From an uncultured Alphaproteobacteria bacterium (GTDB taxonomy: Bacteria > Pseudomonadota > Alphaproteobacteria > GCA-002720895): a stretch of DNA of 61,854 bases. The position numbers and the translations under genes are program-made. The notes under the pieces are model-generated. The model saw nothing but the letters and a program-made list of their open reading frames with translations, was not told where the DNA came from and made no database searches. Within the stretch, counting starts at the first letter, position 1. The number at the start of each line of letters is the position of its first letter. This document shows, piece after piece, positions 51,377 to 59,572 of this stretch. Location of the stretch: assembly GCA_902607475.1 (NCBI GenBank), contig CACLKH010000004.1:1-61854 (forward strand). The letters run 5' to 3'.

Positions 51377-52258
51377 GTGAAAAAAATATTTTTAAATATG
51401 TTCAAAAAACTTCGTTACAAAAAAACTATTTTAGTAGTTATAGTAATTTTTTTCTTTGCAATATTAATTTCTGATAACAGGTATAAAAAACCTCATATAG
51501 CAAAAATTACGATAGATAATATTATTACACAAGATTCTTTTAGATATGAAAAACTTGAAGAATTATCTCAAAATAAAAACACAAAAGCAGTTATAGCTTT
51601 TATTAATAGTCCTGGTGGGACTGTGGTTGGAGGGGAAACGTTATATAAAAGTATAAAAAATATTTCTCAGCAAAAACCAATTGTATCAGTTATGGGAGAG
51701 GTTGCTACTTCTGCTGCATATATGGCATCTTTAGGATCAAACCATATATTTGCTCAAGAAGGAACTATTACAGGATCAGTTGGTGTACTAATATTAAGCT
51801 CAGAAATTACGGAACTTGCAAAAAAAATTGGAGTTTCTACTGAAATAATTAAAAGTGGAGATTTAAAAGCCTCACCTTCTCCTTTAGAAAAAATGACTCC
51901 TAAAGCAAGAGAACAAATGGAAAAAATTGTGAAAGAAATATCTAAAAATTTCATTGATTTAGTAAAAAAAGAAAGAAATCTAGATAATAAAAAAACACAA
52001 TTAATCTCAGATGGAAGAATTTTTACAGGTCAATCAGCTGTCCAAATAGGTCTAATTGATACTATCGGGAATATTAAAGAAGCAAAAGAGTATTTAAAAA
52101 CAGAATATAATATTGACAAACTACCTTTATTAGATTTTCAAATTATAAAAAAAGAAAAGTTAATAGAAAAATTTTTATCATTCTTTTCTGGCAACATTAA
52201 TGCTAGCAGATTTTTAAATCTTCAAGGTTTGATTTCTATTTGGATTCCAAATGTATGA
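51377..52258 (+). CDS. sppA: signal peptide peptidase SppA (36K type)
   Basis: 293 aa, GTG start. INSPGGTVVG, catalytic Ser region ATSAAYMAS, GRIFTGQSAVQIGLID. Confidence 0.9.
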   Translation: MKKIFLNMFKKLRYKKTILVVIVIFFFAILISDNRYKKPHIAKITIDNIITQDSFRYEKLEELSQNKNTKAVIAFINSPGGTVVGGETLYKSIKNISQQKPIVSVMGEVATSAAYMASLGSNHIFAQEGTITGSVGVLILSSEITELAKKIGVSTEIIKSGDLKASPSPLEKMTPKAREQMEKIVKEISKNFIDLVKKERNLDNKKTQLISDGRIFTGQSAVQIGLIDTIGNIKEAKEYLKTEYNIDKLPLLDFQIIKKEKLIEKFLSFFSGNINASRFLNLQGLISIWIPNV

Positions 52259-52273
52259 TTATTTAAAAATAGG

Positions 52274-53116
52274 TTATTTTTGTAAAATATAACTTGCATA
52301 TTTTTCTTTAACTTCTGGTATCCATTTTTCAAAATTCTCTTGTCTTTTTTTATGACTAGGATGAGTTTTTAAAAATTCTGGAATTCTTTTTTCTGCTTTT
52401 TTTGTTATATCGCCTTTTTTATCAGCCTCTTCTTTTTTTTCATCTGCATAATTTTCCATTCTTATCCATAAATTTTGTGCTTCATCAGGATTATAGCCTG
52501 CAATTGTCATAAAAACTAAGCCCAAATAATCTGCTTCTGCTTCCTGATGTCTGCTGAAAGGTAGAAAAAAACCAAGTTGGGCTAAAACATCTATCATCGC
52601 ATTACCTGATGGTCCGAAAATAGCATTAGATAAAATATCAAAAGCTAGTGCTTGACTCATTCTTTCTTTACCATGACGTGCTAAAACATGAGCCATTTCA
52701 TGAGCCATTATTGCTGCTATAGCATTATCATTCTCAGCTACTTCTAAAATTTTAGTGTAAAAAACTATCTTTCCAGTTGGCATTGCAAAAGCGTTTACAG
52801 TTCTTTTATCTTTTATAATGTTAACTTCATAGTCATGTTTTGCTTTACTATAATCTTTTCCTTCAATTATAAAATATTGTTCAACTGCCTTTTCTATATG
52901 AGCCGCCATACCATTTAGTTTTTTATGCAACTCATCATCCATTTTTACCAATCTTCTTTGATCTCTTTCTTCATCTATTAATCTATAGTAAATGGAGTCA
53001 CTTTGATGGTTTAAAACGCTATCAGGATAAAAAATTAATTGTTTTCTACCACTTACAGGAACTGTAGAGCAAGAAATAATAAAAAAAAAAATTACTAATT
53101 TTTTTATTAGATACAT
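52274..53116 (-). CDS. M48-family zinc metallopeptidase lipoprotein
   Basis: 280 aa. Lipobox IISCS, HEMAHVLARH zincin motif, downstream EAEADYLG. Confidence 0.88.
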   Translation of the reverse strand: MYLIKKLVIFFFIISCSTVPVSGRKQLIFYPDSVLNHQSDSIYYRLIDEERDQRRLVKMDDELHKKLNGMAAHIEKAVEQYFIIEGKDYSKAKHDYEVNIIKDKRTVNAFAMPTGKIVFYTKILEVAENDNAIAAIMAHEMAHVLARHGKERMSQALAFDILSNAIFGPSGNAMIDVLAQLGFFLPFSRHQEAEADYLGLVFMTIAGYNPDEAQNLWIRMENYADEKKEEADKKGDITKKAEKRIPEFLKTHPSHKKRQENFEKWIPEVKEKYASYILQK

Positions 53117-53134
53117 TTTAGGGAAGATTGAGAA

Positions 53135-53614
53135 TTATTCTTCGTCTTCACCGCCTAATAATTTCCTTTTAGCTTTGGTATATTCGCTCTTTGTTAGGGC
53201 ACCATCTTTATATAGTTGATTTAAGTCCAAGAGTTGTTGAGTTAAATCTTCTGTTTTAGCTTTTATTTCTTCGCTTCTACTTTCACAACCCTTGTCTACT
53301 TTTAGTTGTTCAACTCTTTCAATTCTTCTATCGGCACTATTTAATGAATTTTTATAATTTTGAGATTTTGCAATTAAATTAAAAGGAAACCATAACAAAC
53401 CGTCCAAGATATCCGCACCGCTCATACCTGATTTATCTTTTTCTACTCCATCAATAATGACTTGAGCACGAACAATTTCTTGATCAAGCTGTTTACAGGT
53501 CAAATCAGTATCCCCAGCTTTATGAGCACTAACCACATCATGTTGTGCGCTTCCTGCACAATTAATTAATAACAAACAGGTTAAATAGATTACTATTTTC
53601 CTAAAGTCTTCCAT
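53135..53614 (-). CDS. lipoprotein with C-terminal SHOCT-like motif
   Basis: 159 aa. LLLINCAG lipobox. C-terminal LYKDGALTKSEYTKAKRKLLG resembles the SHOCT short oligomerisation domain. Confidence 0.55.
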   Translation of the reverse strand: MEDFRKIVIYLTCLLLINCAGSAQHDVVSAHKAGDTDLTCKQLDQEIVRAQVIIDGVEKDKSGMSGADILDGLLWFPFNLIAKSQNYKNSLNSADRRIERVEQLKVDKGCESRSEEIKAKTEDLTQQLLDLNQLYKDGALTKSEYTKAKRKLLGGEDEE

Positions 53615-53750
53615 ATAAATTTAAAAAACAAAAGTTTAAGGAAATTTTTAAAGATAAATAATATAAAGAAGCAAAAAAAGGCAAAAAGGAGCAAAAGAAA
53701 CAAAAAAAGATCCCTACAAAAATGGTATCAAAAAAAAAGTATATGTCTAT

Positions 53751-53828
53751 AGAAAAAAAGTTAGAAACCTTGAGATTTTTGGTGGAGCTAGACGGGATCG
53801 AACCGACGACCTCTTCACTGTCAGCGAA
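53751..53828 (-). repeat. att-like repeat copy 1: tRNA-Ala 3' fragment (tRNA positions 28-76 at 53780-53828) plus 29 nt of downstream flank
   Basis: Minus strand TTCG-CTGACAG-TGAAG-AGGTC-GTCGG-TTCGATC-CCGTC-TAGCTCC-ACCA. It differs from copies 2 and 3 by one substitution in the anticodon (GGC->GAC). The flank AGAAAAAAAGTTAGAAACCTTGAGATTTTT matches 59641-59669. Confidence 0.85.
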
Positions 53829-53885
53829 CTTTAAAAAGTAAATGTGGTTTTAATATTTTTTTTAGGTAATATAAAAAAAAAAAAA

Positions 53886-54170
53886 ATGAATAAAAAACTC
53901 ACTATATTTCTTATTTTAAGTTTTCTTAGTTTACAAACTTTTTCTTTTTGGCATCAAGCTGAATTTAACTTTGAAGAACATGAGCACAATAAAGATGTTT
54001 GTGAAATTTATTTATATTGTGATCAATCAAAAGATAATATGTCTAATGCTGCATTATCGCTGCAAGGACTTGAATATTTTACTTTTGCTTTTGTTTTAGA
54101 AAGAAATTTTCTTACTTATTCAAAAAAATATAGAGTAACTTCGACCCGAGCCCCACCACAATTCTCCTAA
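53886..54170 (+). CDS. small exported His-rich protein (possibly DUF2946-like metal-associated protein)
   Basis: Start moved to MNKKLTIFLILSF... (signal peptide). WHQAEFNFEEHEHNKDVCEIYLYC and C-terminal ...RAPPQFS. The family assignment is tentative. Confidence 0.4.
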   Translation: MNKKLTIFLILSFLSLQTFSFWHQAEFNFEEHEHNKDVCEIYLYCDQSKDNMSNAALSLQGLEYFTFAFVLERNFLTYSKKYRVTSTRAPPQFS

Positions 54171-54257
54171 AACATATTTTTAAATTTTATTAATTTAGTA
54201 CATTGCCCTGTATTTCACAGGTCAATTTACATCTTTTTTTTAAGGAGACAAAAAAAA

Positions 54258-55610
54258 ATGCTTAAAACTAAACTAGCAGCATCTGCCGCCATAATATCTT
54301 TGTTCTTCGGTACTTCTGTATTAGCAGAATCCGATAAGGATATCGATATATTAAGAGCTGAAATCCAAAATATGAAACAGGTCTATGAGAAACGTATTGC
54401 AGATATGGAGGCAAAACTTGTAAGAGTTGAAAAAAAACGTGATCAGGTTTCTGTTTCAACTGGAAAAAAAGTTCCTATAAGATCTAGCCGTAGAATACTT
54501 TCTAATAGTTATAATCCATCAGTTGGATTAATCTTAAATGGAAAATATTCAAATTTTTCATCAGGAAGTTCAGAAATACCAGGCTTTGGCATTGGCGAAG
54601 AAGGAGAGCGCGGAAAGGAAGGGCCTGCAATTGGAGAATCCGAAATGAATTTTTCTGCAAGTGTAGATGATAAATTCTACGGAAGCTTAACATCAGCAAT
54701 TGTACGAGAAGGTGGGTCAGATAAGATAGAGCTAGAAGAAGCTTATTTACAATCCTTACCAGGTTTAGGTTTGCCTAGCGGCTTGAGTTTAAAAGCAGGA
54801 CGTTCTTTATGGACGCTTGGTTATCTTAATGAACATCACGCTCACACTGATGACTTCGCAGATCGTCCACTACCTTATCGTGCGTATCTAAATAAATCAT
54901 TTAATGATGATGGTTTGGCTACATCATATGTTTTGCCAACAAATTTCTATTCAGAGATTGGAGGAGGAATATTTCGTGCAGATGATTTTCCATTTGGCAC
55001 CGGTGATGGTGAAAATACCGCATGGTCTGCCTTTGCTCGTATCGGTGGCGATATAGGAAATAATCAAAACTGGCGTTTAGGCGGTTATTTACTATCTGGA
55101 GAATCTAAAGGTAGTGGTCGAAAAAGTAATGAGGATGCAGTTATATTTAAAGGAGAATCAGATCTTTATGTAACTGATCTACGTTACGTTTGGGCTCCAA
55201 CTGGAAACGCGCGTAATAAAGAAGTTATATTCCAAACTGAATATTTCTGGCGTAGTGAAGATGGAACATATCAAGATACCGAAAATTCTACCGGTATTAT
55301 TAATTTTGATGATTCATCTAGCGGTCTTTATATCCAAGGTGTCTACAAGTTTTTTCCTAGATGGCGCGTTGGCGTTCGTTACAGCAGGTTATTTTCACCT
55401 AATGTTCCTGCAGGATTAGTTGGTAGTAATTTGGATTCTGCAAACTTTGATCCAAGAGCATATGCGACAATGATTGATTGGACAAACAGTGAGTTCAGTC
55501 GTGTTCGTTTACAATATAATCATGAAAAGCTTAAGGACGGACAAACCGATAAACAATTCATGATGCAATATGTTATTAGTATTGGTGCTCATGGTGCACA
55601 CAAATATTAA
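54258..55610 (+). CDS. outer-membrane beta-barrel protein with N-terminal coiled coil (porin-like; metal-uptake context)
   Basis: 450 aa. Signal peptide ...SVLA/ES, heptad-like DIDILRAEIQNMKQVYEKRIADMEAKLVRVE, then alternating beta-strand pattern. Family not named. Confidence 0.5.
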   Translation: MLKTKLAASAAIISLFFGTSVLAESDKDIDILRAEIQNMKQVYEKRIADMEAKLVRVEKKRDQVSVSTGKKVPIRSSRRILSNSYNPSVGLILNGKYSNFSSGSSEIPGFGIGEEGERGKEGPAIGESEMNFSASVDDKFYGSLTSAIVREGGSDKIELEEAYLQSLPGLGLPSGLSLKAGRSLWTLGYLNEHHAHTDDFADRPLPYRAYLNKSFNDDGLATSYVLPTNFYSEIGGGIFRADDFPFGTGDGENTAWSAFARIGGDIGNNQNWRLGGYLLSGESKGSGRKSNEDAVIFKGESDLYVTDLRYVWAPTGNARNKEVIFQTEYFWRSEDGTYQDTENSTGIINFDDSSSGLYIQGVYKFFPRWRVGVRYSRLFSPNVPAGLVGSNLDSANFDPRAYATMIDWTNSEFSRVRLQYNHEKLKDGQTDKQFMMQYVISIGAHGAHKY

Positions 55611-55616
55611 AGTAGC

Positions 55617-56525
55617 ATGATGATGAGATTGTTTAAACTAATATTGATTGGGTTGTTTTGCACAACATCAAATGTAACACATGCAATGGTAAATATTTTT
55701 GCCTGTGAACCGGAGTGGGGAGCTCTTGCAAAAGAAATTGGTGGCAGTAAAGTAAAAATCTTTTCTGCCACCCATGCAAAACAAGATCCCCATTACATTC
55801 GTGCTCGTCCTAGTCTTATTGCTAAAGCTAGGAAAGCTAATATTATTTTTTGTTCTGGTGCTGGTTTGGAAGTAGGATGGTTACCTTTATTATTACAAAA
55901 AGCTGAGTCGAGTGTTCAACCAGGAATGGAGGGCCATTTAATAGCATCCAAATTTGTAAAAGTGTTAGAAAAACCAATAGTGGTTGATCGTACAATGGGA
56001 GACATACATCCAGAAGGAAATCCACATGTACATCTTAATCCTCACAACATTTCTTTAATAGCAAAAGAGTTAACAAAAAGATTGGAATTGATTGATGCAA
56101 CCAATGCATCTTTTTATCGCAATCGTTTCAACAGTTTTGCTTTACGTTGGAAAGAAGCTATTGTTCGATGGGAAAAAAATGCTTCTGATCTTAAAGGAAT
56201 GCAAGTTGTTGTTCATCATAGAACATTTAGTTATTTAATAGACTGGTTAGGACTGATAGAAGTAGCATCTTTAGAATTAAAACCTGGTATTCCTGCTACC
56301 GCATCACATCTAGAAGGATTATTGCAACAATTTAAAACAAAACCTCCCGATGTAATTGTTCGTACACCTTATGAGCCAGGCAATGCTAGTATATGGTTGT
56401 CAGAAAAAATTAATAGTCCGGCAATAGTATTACCCTATACAATTAACGGTGATGTTAGTAGCGTTGACCTTTTTGCATTATTTGAAAATTCTATTAATTT
56501 ATTAAAAGGAGCACTGAATGATTAG
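55617..56525 (+). CDS. ZnuA/TroA-family periplasmic metal-binding protein
   Basis: 302 aa with a signal peptide. HAKQDPHYI..RPS and GDIHPEGNPHVHLNPHN metal-site motifs of cluster A-I substrate-binding proteins. Confidence 0.8.
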   Translation: MMMRLFKLILIGLFCTTSNVTHAMVNIFACEPEWGALAKEIGGSKVKIFSATHAKQDPHYIRARPSLIAKARKANIIFCSGAGLEVGWLPLLLQKAESSVQPGMEGHLIASKFVKVLEKPIVVDRTMGDIHPEGNPHVHLNPHNISLIAKELTKRLELIDATNASFYRNRFNSFALRWKEAIVRWEKNASDLKGMQVVVHHRTFSYLIDWLGLIEVASLELKPGIPATASHLEGLLQQFKTKPPDVIVRTPYEPGNASIWLSEKINSPAIVLPYTINGDVSSVDLFALFENSINLLKGALND

Positions 56526-57279
56526 CAATGAAATGATCTATGTTATCGGTCCTGCATTATTAATTTGCTCTATGATCGTTTTAACCCATGTTCCTTTAGG
56601 AATTGAGGTTTTGAAAAGAGGAATTATTTTTATTGATTTAGCGGTAGCCCAAATTGCTGGTTTAGGATTAATAGCAACAAATTTTTTATTCTATGAGCCT
56701 CATCCCTTGTTACCACAATTAGTAGCATTGACTTGTGCAATTCTTGCTGGGTTATTTTTTCATAAAGTCGAAATAAAGATACCGAAACAGCAAGAAGCAA
56801 TTATTGGAGTAACTTTTATACTTGCAGCATCTTTAGCTATTTTACTATTAGCTGATCATCCTAACGGAGGAGAAGAAATCCGACATTTACTTTCAGGCCA
56901 GATTTTATTTGTTACATGGCAAGATATAGCAAAGCATACACCCATTTATGTTTTAATTCTTGCAGTATGGTTTTTTAAAAAGGAATATCGAAATAATATC
57001 GGTTTCTATTTACTCTTTGCACTAGCTGTTACCTCATCTGTACAGATGGTAGGAATATACGTAGTGTTTGCTAGTCTTATTTTACCTGCATTAGCAGTAA
57101 TAAACATAAGTAATCCATATAAGTTAGGGTGGCTTTGTGGAATTATTTCAGTAATAGCAGGGATTTTTTTAGCAACCTTTTTTGATGCTCCTGCAGGTCC
57201 ATTAATTGTTATAAGTTATGTTCTTACAACTATAATTTTTGTAATTATAACCAAGATGAATAGACAAAAATTAAATTAG
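56518..57279 (+). CDS. ZnuB-like ABC-3 family metal transporter permease
   Basis: 253 aa, about 8 TM. GIIFIDLAVAQIAGLG motif. Overlaps the binding-protein gene by 8 nt. No ATPase gene is adjacent. Confidence 0.75.
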   Translation: MISNEMIYVIGPALLICSMIVLTHVPLGIEVLKRGIIFIDLAVAQIAGLGLIATNFLFYEPHPLLPQLVALTCAILAGLFFHKVEIKIPKQQEAIIGVTFILAASLAILLLADHPNGGEEIRHLLSGQILFVTWQDIAKHTPIYVLILAVWFFKKEYRNNIGFYLLFALAVTSSVQMVGIYVVFASLILPALAVINISNPYKLGWLCGIISVIAGIFLATFFDAPAGPLIVISYVLTTIIFVIITKMNRQKLN

Positions 57280-57371
57280 ATTTTTGGTGGAGCTAGACGG
57301 GATCGAACCGACGACCTCTTCACTGCCAGCGAAGTGCTCATTTAACAAAATTTCAATCTATACTTAGCTTT
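57278..57371 (-). repeat. att-like repeat copy 2: tRNA-Ala(GGC) 3' fragment (positions 22-76 at 57285-57339) plus shared 32-nt non-tRNA arm
   Basis: Minus strand GAGCA-CTTCG-CTGGCAG-TGAAG-AGGTC-GTCGG-TTCGATC-CCGTC-TAGCTCC-ACCA. The 5' side continues as GCTAAGTATAGATTGAAATTTTGTTAAAT, shared with copy 3, and has no D arm or acceptor strand. Confidence 0.85.
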
Positions 57372-57394
57372 CACGAGAATGTTATTGTTTGCAA

Positions 57395-57424
57395 TGACAA
57401 TAGAGTGACAATTTTTGCTCAAAA
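57395..57424 (+). repeat. arm box A (TGACAAT-agag-TGACAAT-TTTTGCTCAAAA)
   Basis: Direct doublet plus the 17-mer ACAATTTTTGCTCAAAA, which is also found at 59588-59604 and 61834-61850. Confidence 0.8.
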
Positions 57425-57447
57425 ATCACGGATCATGGTGCTAGAAT
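57421..57447 (+). promoter_or_regulatory. flavour-1 element: AAAATCACGGATCATGGTGCTAGAAT (11-mer core plus extended -10)
   Basis: TGcTAGAAT ends 6 nt before the ATG of pilin 1. The same 27-mer is found at 58016-58042 and, reverse-complemented, at 61792-61818. Confidence 0.5.
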
Positions 57448-57453
57448 TATTGT

Positions 57454-57993
57454 ATGAAACAAAAAGGATTCTCATTAATCGAACTTTTGGTCGTGGTTGC
57501 CATCATTGGAATCTTGGCAGCAGTTGGAGTAGTTGCTTATAATGGGTATACGAAAGCTGCAAAAAAAAATATGGTTTTATCAAATCTAAATAAAGTAGTT
57601 AAATTGATACAATCAGAATTGTTAATATGTTCTGTAGGTGGTGAAATGATGCCGTATCTAAAATCATTAAAAAACAACAATATTAAAAATATGTCAAACT
57701 ATAGCTGCGAATACTTTAAAAAAAATGGATATTCTGAAAATCATGTTTGGATTGCAGGGGCAGTTGTGGCTTACCTTCATAGTTATGGACATCTTGATGG
57801 TTTTAGTAATCCTTTTAATAAAGATGATAATGTTAAAAGCGGAATTAATAGTTCTGGTGGTTGTGCAGCAAATGAAGTGGTTTTGGGAAGAGTGCGTTGT
57901 AGTGAAAAACCAGCGGGGGCTTATAAATGTTGTTGCAAATGGGGAGAAGGCGCTAATGATTATACTGAAAAAATTATTCCAAATCCTTTCTAA
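57454..57993 (+). CDS. type IV pilin / pseudopilin (prepilin N-terminal methylation motif), paralogue 1
   Basis: 179 aa. MKQKG/FSLIELLVVVAIIGILAAVGVVAYNGYT class III leader plus hydrophobic helix. Cys-rich variable C-terminal domain. Confidence 0.88.
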   Translation: MKQKGFSLIELLVVVAIIGILAAVGVVAYNGYTKAAKKNMVLSNLNKVVKLIQSELLICSVGGEMMPYLKSLKNNNIKNMSNYSCEYFKKNGYSENHVWIAGAVVAYLHSYGHLDGFSNPFNKDDNVKSGINSSGGCAANEVVLGRVRCSEKPAGAYKCCCKWGEGANDYTEKIIPNPF

Positions 57994-58016
57994 AATTGTC
58001 CACCAATTTTGCATCG

Positions 58017-58042
58017 AAAATCACGGATCATGGTGCTAGAAT
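58017..58042 (+). promoter_or_regulatory. flavour-1 element (11-mer core plus extended -10)
   Basis: AAATCACGGATCATGGTGCTAGAAT. The -10 ends 6 nt before the ATG of pilin 2. Confidence 0.5.
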
Positions 58043-58048
58043 TATTGT

Positions 58049-58558
58049 ATGAAACAAAAAGGGTTTTCATTAATAGAACTTTTAGTAGTTGTTGCTATTA
58101 TTGGAATCCTGGCAGCGGTTGGTGTGGTTGCTTATAATGGATATACGAAAGGTGCAAAAGCTAATGCTACTAAAGCTAATCACAAAGAATTTATAAATTA
58201 CGCATCTTCACTACTTATGAAATGTCATATGGGAGAAACAAAAATTGATTTAATGGTTAATCCTCAAAGCGAAACTCAAAGTTATAACTGCGCAGACTCT
58301 CTTGGAAATTTTCTTGGTCTTTTTCAAACACATTTGTGGAATTATAAAAAAATATCTAATCCTTATAGACCTGATCAACCTGCCTTTAGTTATACTTCAC
58401 CGGGAGGTTTTCTAAAAAGTAGATTGGGATATACAAATATGTGGATTATTGGAGGATCTCCGAGCGCACCGGTTAATGTATCGACAGAATATGAAGAAGG
58501 AAAAACTTTAACAACTACCATAACTATTTGTTTGGCTGGAGGTTGTGATTATCAATAA
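58049..58558 (+). CDS. type IV pilin, paralogue 2
   Basis: 169 aa. Same N-terminal 34 aa as paralogue 1 but with many synonymous differences. Unrelated C-terminal domain ending ...CLAGGCDYQ. Confidence 0.88.
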   Translation: MKQKGFSLIELLVVVAIIGILAAVGVVAYNGYTKGAKANATKANHKEFINYASSLLMKCHMGETKIDLMVNPQSETQSYNCADSLGNFLGLFQTHLWNYKKISNPYRPDQPAFSYTSPGGFLKSRLGYTNMWIIGGSPSAPVNVSTEYEEGKTLTTTITICLAGGCDYQ

Positions 58559-59045
58559 ATCAAAAAAAGGATTTTCATTAATAGAACTTTTGGTCGTGGT
58601 TGCAATCATTGGAATCTTGGCAGCAGTTGGAGTAGTTGCTTATAATGGATATACGAAAGCTGCAAAAAGGAATGCGGTTATTTCTAATTTTAACACTGCT
58701 CTAAGATACATAAAACAAGAAATGATGAAATGCGATATAGGTGCTGGACCTATAAGATTTATGACTAAAGATAATGGTTTAAAAGATTGGGAATGTAGCG
58801 TAGTTAATTCAAATAAAACTAGATTTGATGAATTTACTCAAGGATATTTGGGTCATATAGAATATGGTTTTGGTATGACAAATCCCTATACCGGACTAGA
58901 TATTGGAGGACAAGCAGTGGGCCAAATGCAATTTGGTGAAGATACCGGTTGGTTAATTTTAAGGTCTTGGTATTTAGATAAAAACGATGATAAACAAACT
59001 CTTGAAGTCCTAAGAGTAAATAGCACGCAATATCAAATTCCTTAA
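58545..59045 (+). CDS. type IV pilin, paralogue 3
   Basis: 166 aa. GTG start overlaps the pilin 2 stop. MIINKSKKG/FSLIEL... The N-terminal DNA is almost identical to paralogue 1 over about 95 nt. Confidence 0.85.
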   Translation: MIINKSKKGFSLIELLVVVAIIGILAAVGVVAYNGYTKAAKRNAVISNFNTALRYIKQEMMKCDIGAGPIRFMTKDNGLKDWECSVVNSNKTRFDEFTQGYLGHIEYGFGMTNPYTGLDIGGQAVGQMQFGEDTGWLILRSWYLDKNDDKQTLEVLRVNSTQYQIP

Positions 59046-59051
59046 AAAATT

Positions 59052-59534
59052 ATGCTAAGAAAAAAACAAAAAGGATTTTCCTTGATAGAACTTTTAGTTG
59101 TTGTTGCGATCATTGGAATCTTAGCTGCGGTTGGAGTGGTTGCTTATAATGGGTATACCAATGCAGCAAAAAAAAATACAACTATAACAAATCATAATAA
59201 TGTAGTTAAATTTTTACAAAACCAACTAATTAAGTGTGAACTAGGTGATGCAAATATTGGTGAGGCATTAACTGTCAATGAGCAAGGTAGTAAAAAAACA
59301 TTATATTGCCCAATTGTAGCAAATATCGACACAAAATTTTGGATAGGACATTTTTATTATGAAAATTGGAAAAATAGTTATTATACAAATGAAGAAACTG
59401 TCAAAGATAATTGTAACGACAAAGAAGGGTGCATAGAATTTAAAGCGCCAAACAAAACAACCTTTACTATTAAAAGTTTTTACAAAGAAAATAATATATT
59501 ACAAAGCAAAACTACCACAATAAAAACAAATTAA
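59052..59534 (+). CDS. type IV pilin, paralogue 4
   Basis: 160 aa. MLRKKQKG/FSLIELLVVVAIIGILAAVGVVAYNGYT, with a divergent C-terminal domain. Confidence 0.88.
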   Translation: MLRKKQKGFSLIELLVVVAIIGILAAVGVVAYNGYTNAAKKNTTITNHNNVVKFLQNQLIKCELGDANIGEALTVNEQGSKKTLYCPIVANIDTKFWIGHFYYENWKNSYYTNEETVKDNCNDKEGCIEFKAPNKTTFTIKSFYKENNILQSKTTTIKTN

Positions 59535-59545
59535 ATAAAATAATT

Positions 59546-59567
59546 AATCCCGTATCACGGATCAGGA
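59546..59567 (+). promoter_or_regulatory. flavour-2 element AATCCCGTATCACGGATCAGGA (3' module boundary)
   Basis: Lies 11 nt after the pilin 4 stop. Identical 22-mers, reverse-complemented, are at 59811-59832 and 60969-60990, each just 3' of a minus-strand gene. Confidence 0.45.
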
Positions 59568-59572
59568 ATTTA

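Larger units (their letters stand above)
53829..57284 (+). mobile_element. putative tRNA-bounded genomic islet C (metal-uptake cargo, no recombinase)
   Basis: Bounded by repeat copies 1 and 2. Four co-oriented genes. Arg codons are mostly CGN here, against AGA in the core genes, and G+C is visibly higher. Confidence 0.55.

Noticed and set aside
53844-53885. Upstream start (53844) for the His-rich small protein
   Set aside because: This start would put 14 residues, including a poly-Lys from an A-run, in front of a typical signal peptide that begins at the internal Met (53886).
57694-58039. ORFs 57694-58014 (-) and 57725-58039 (+) overlapping pilin 1
   Set aside because: They overlap a gene with an unmistakable prepilin signature and have no motifs of their own. 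The + ORF would also run through the flavour-1 element.
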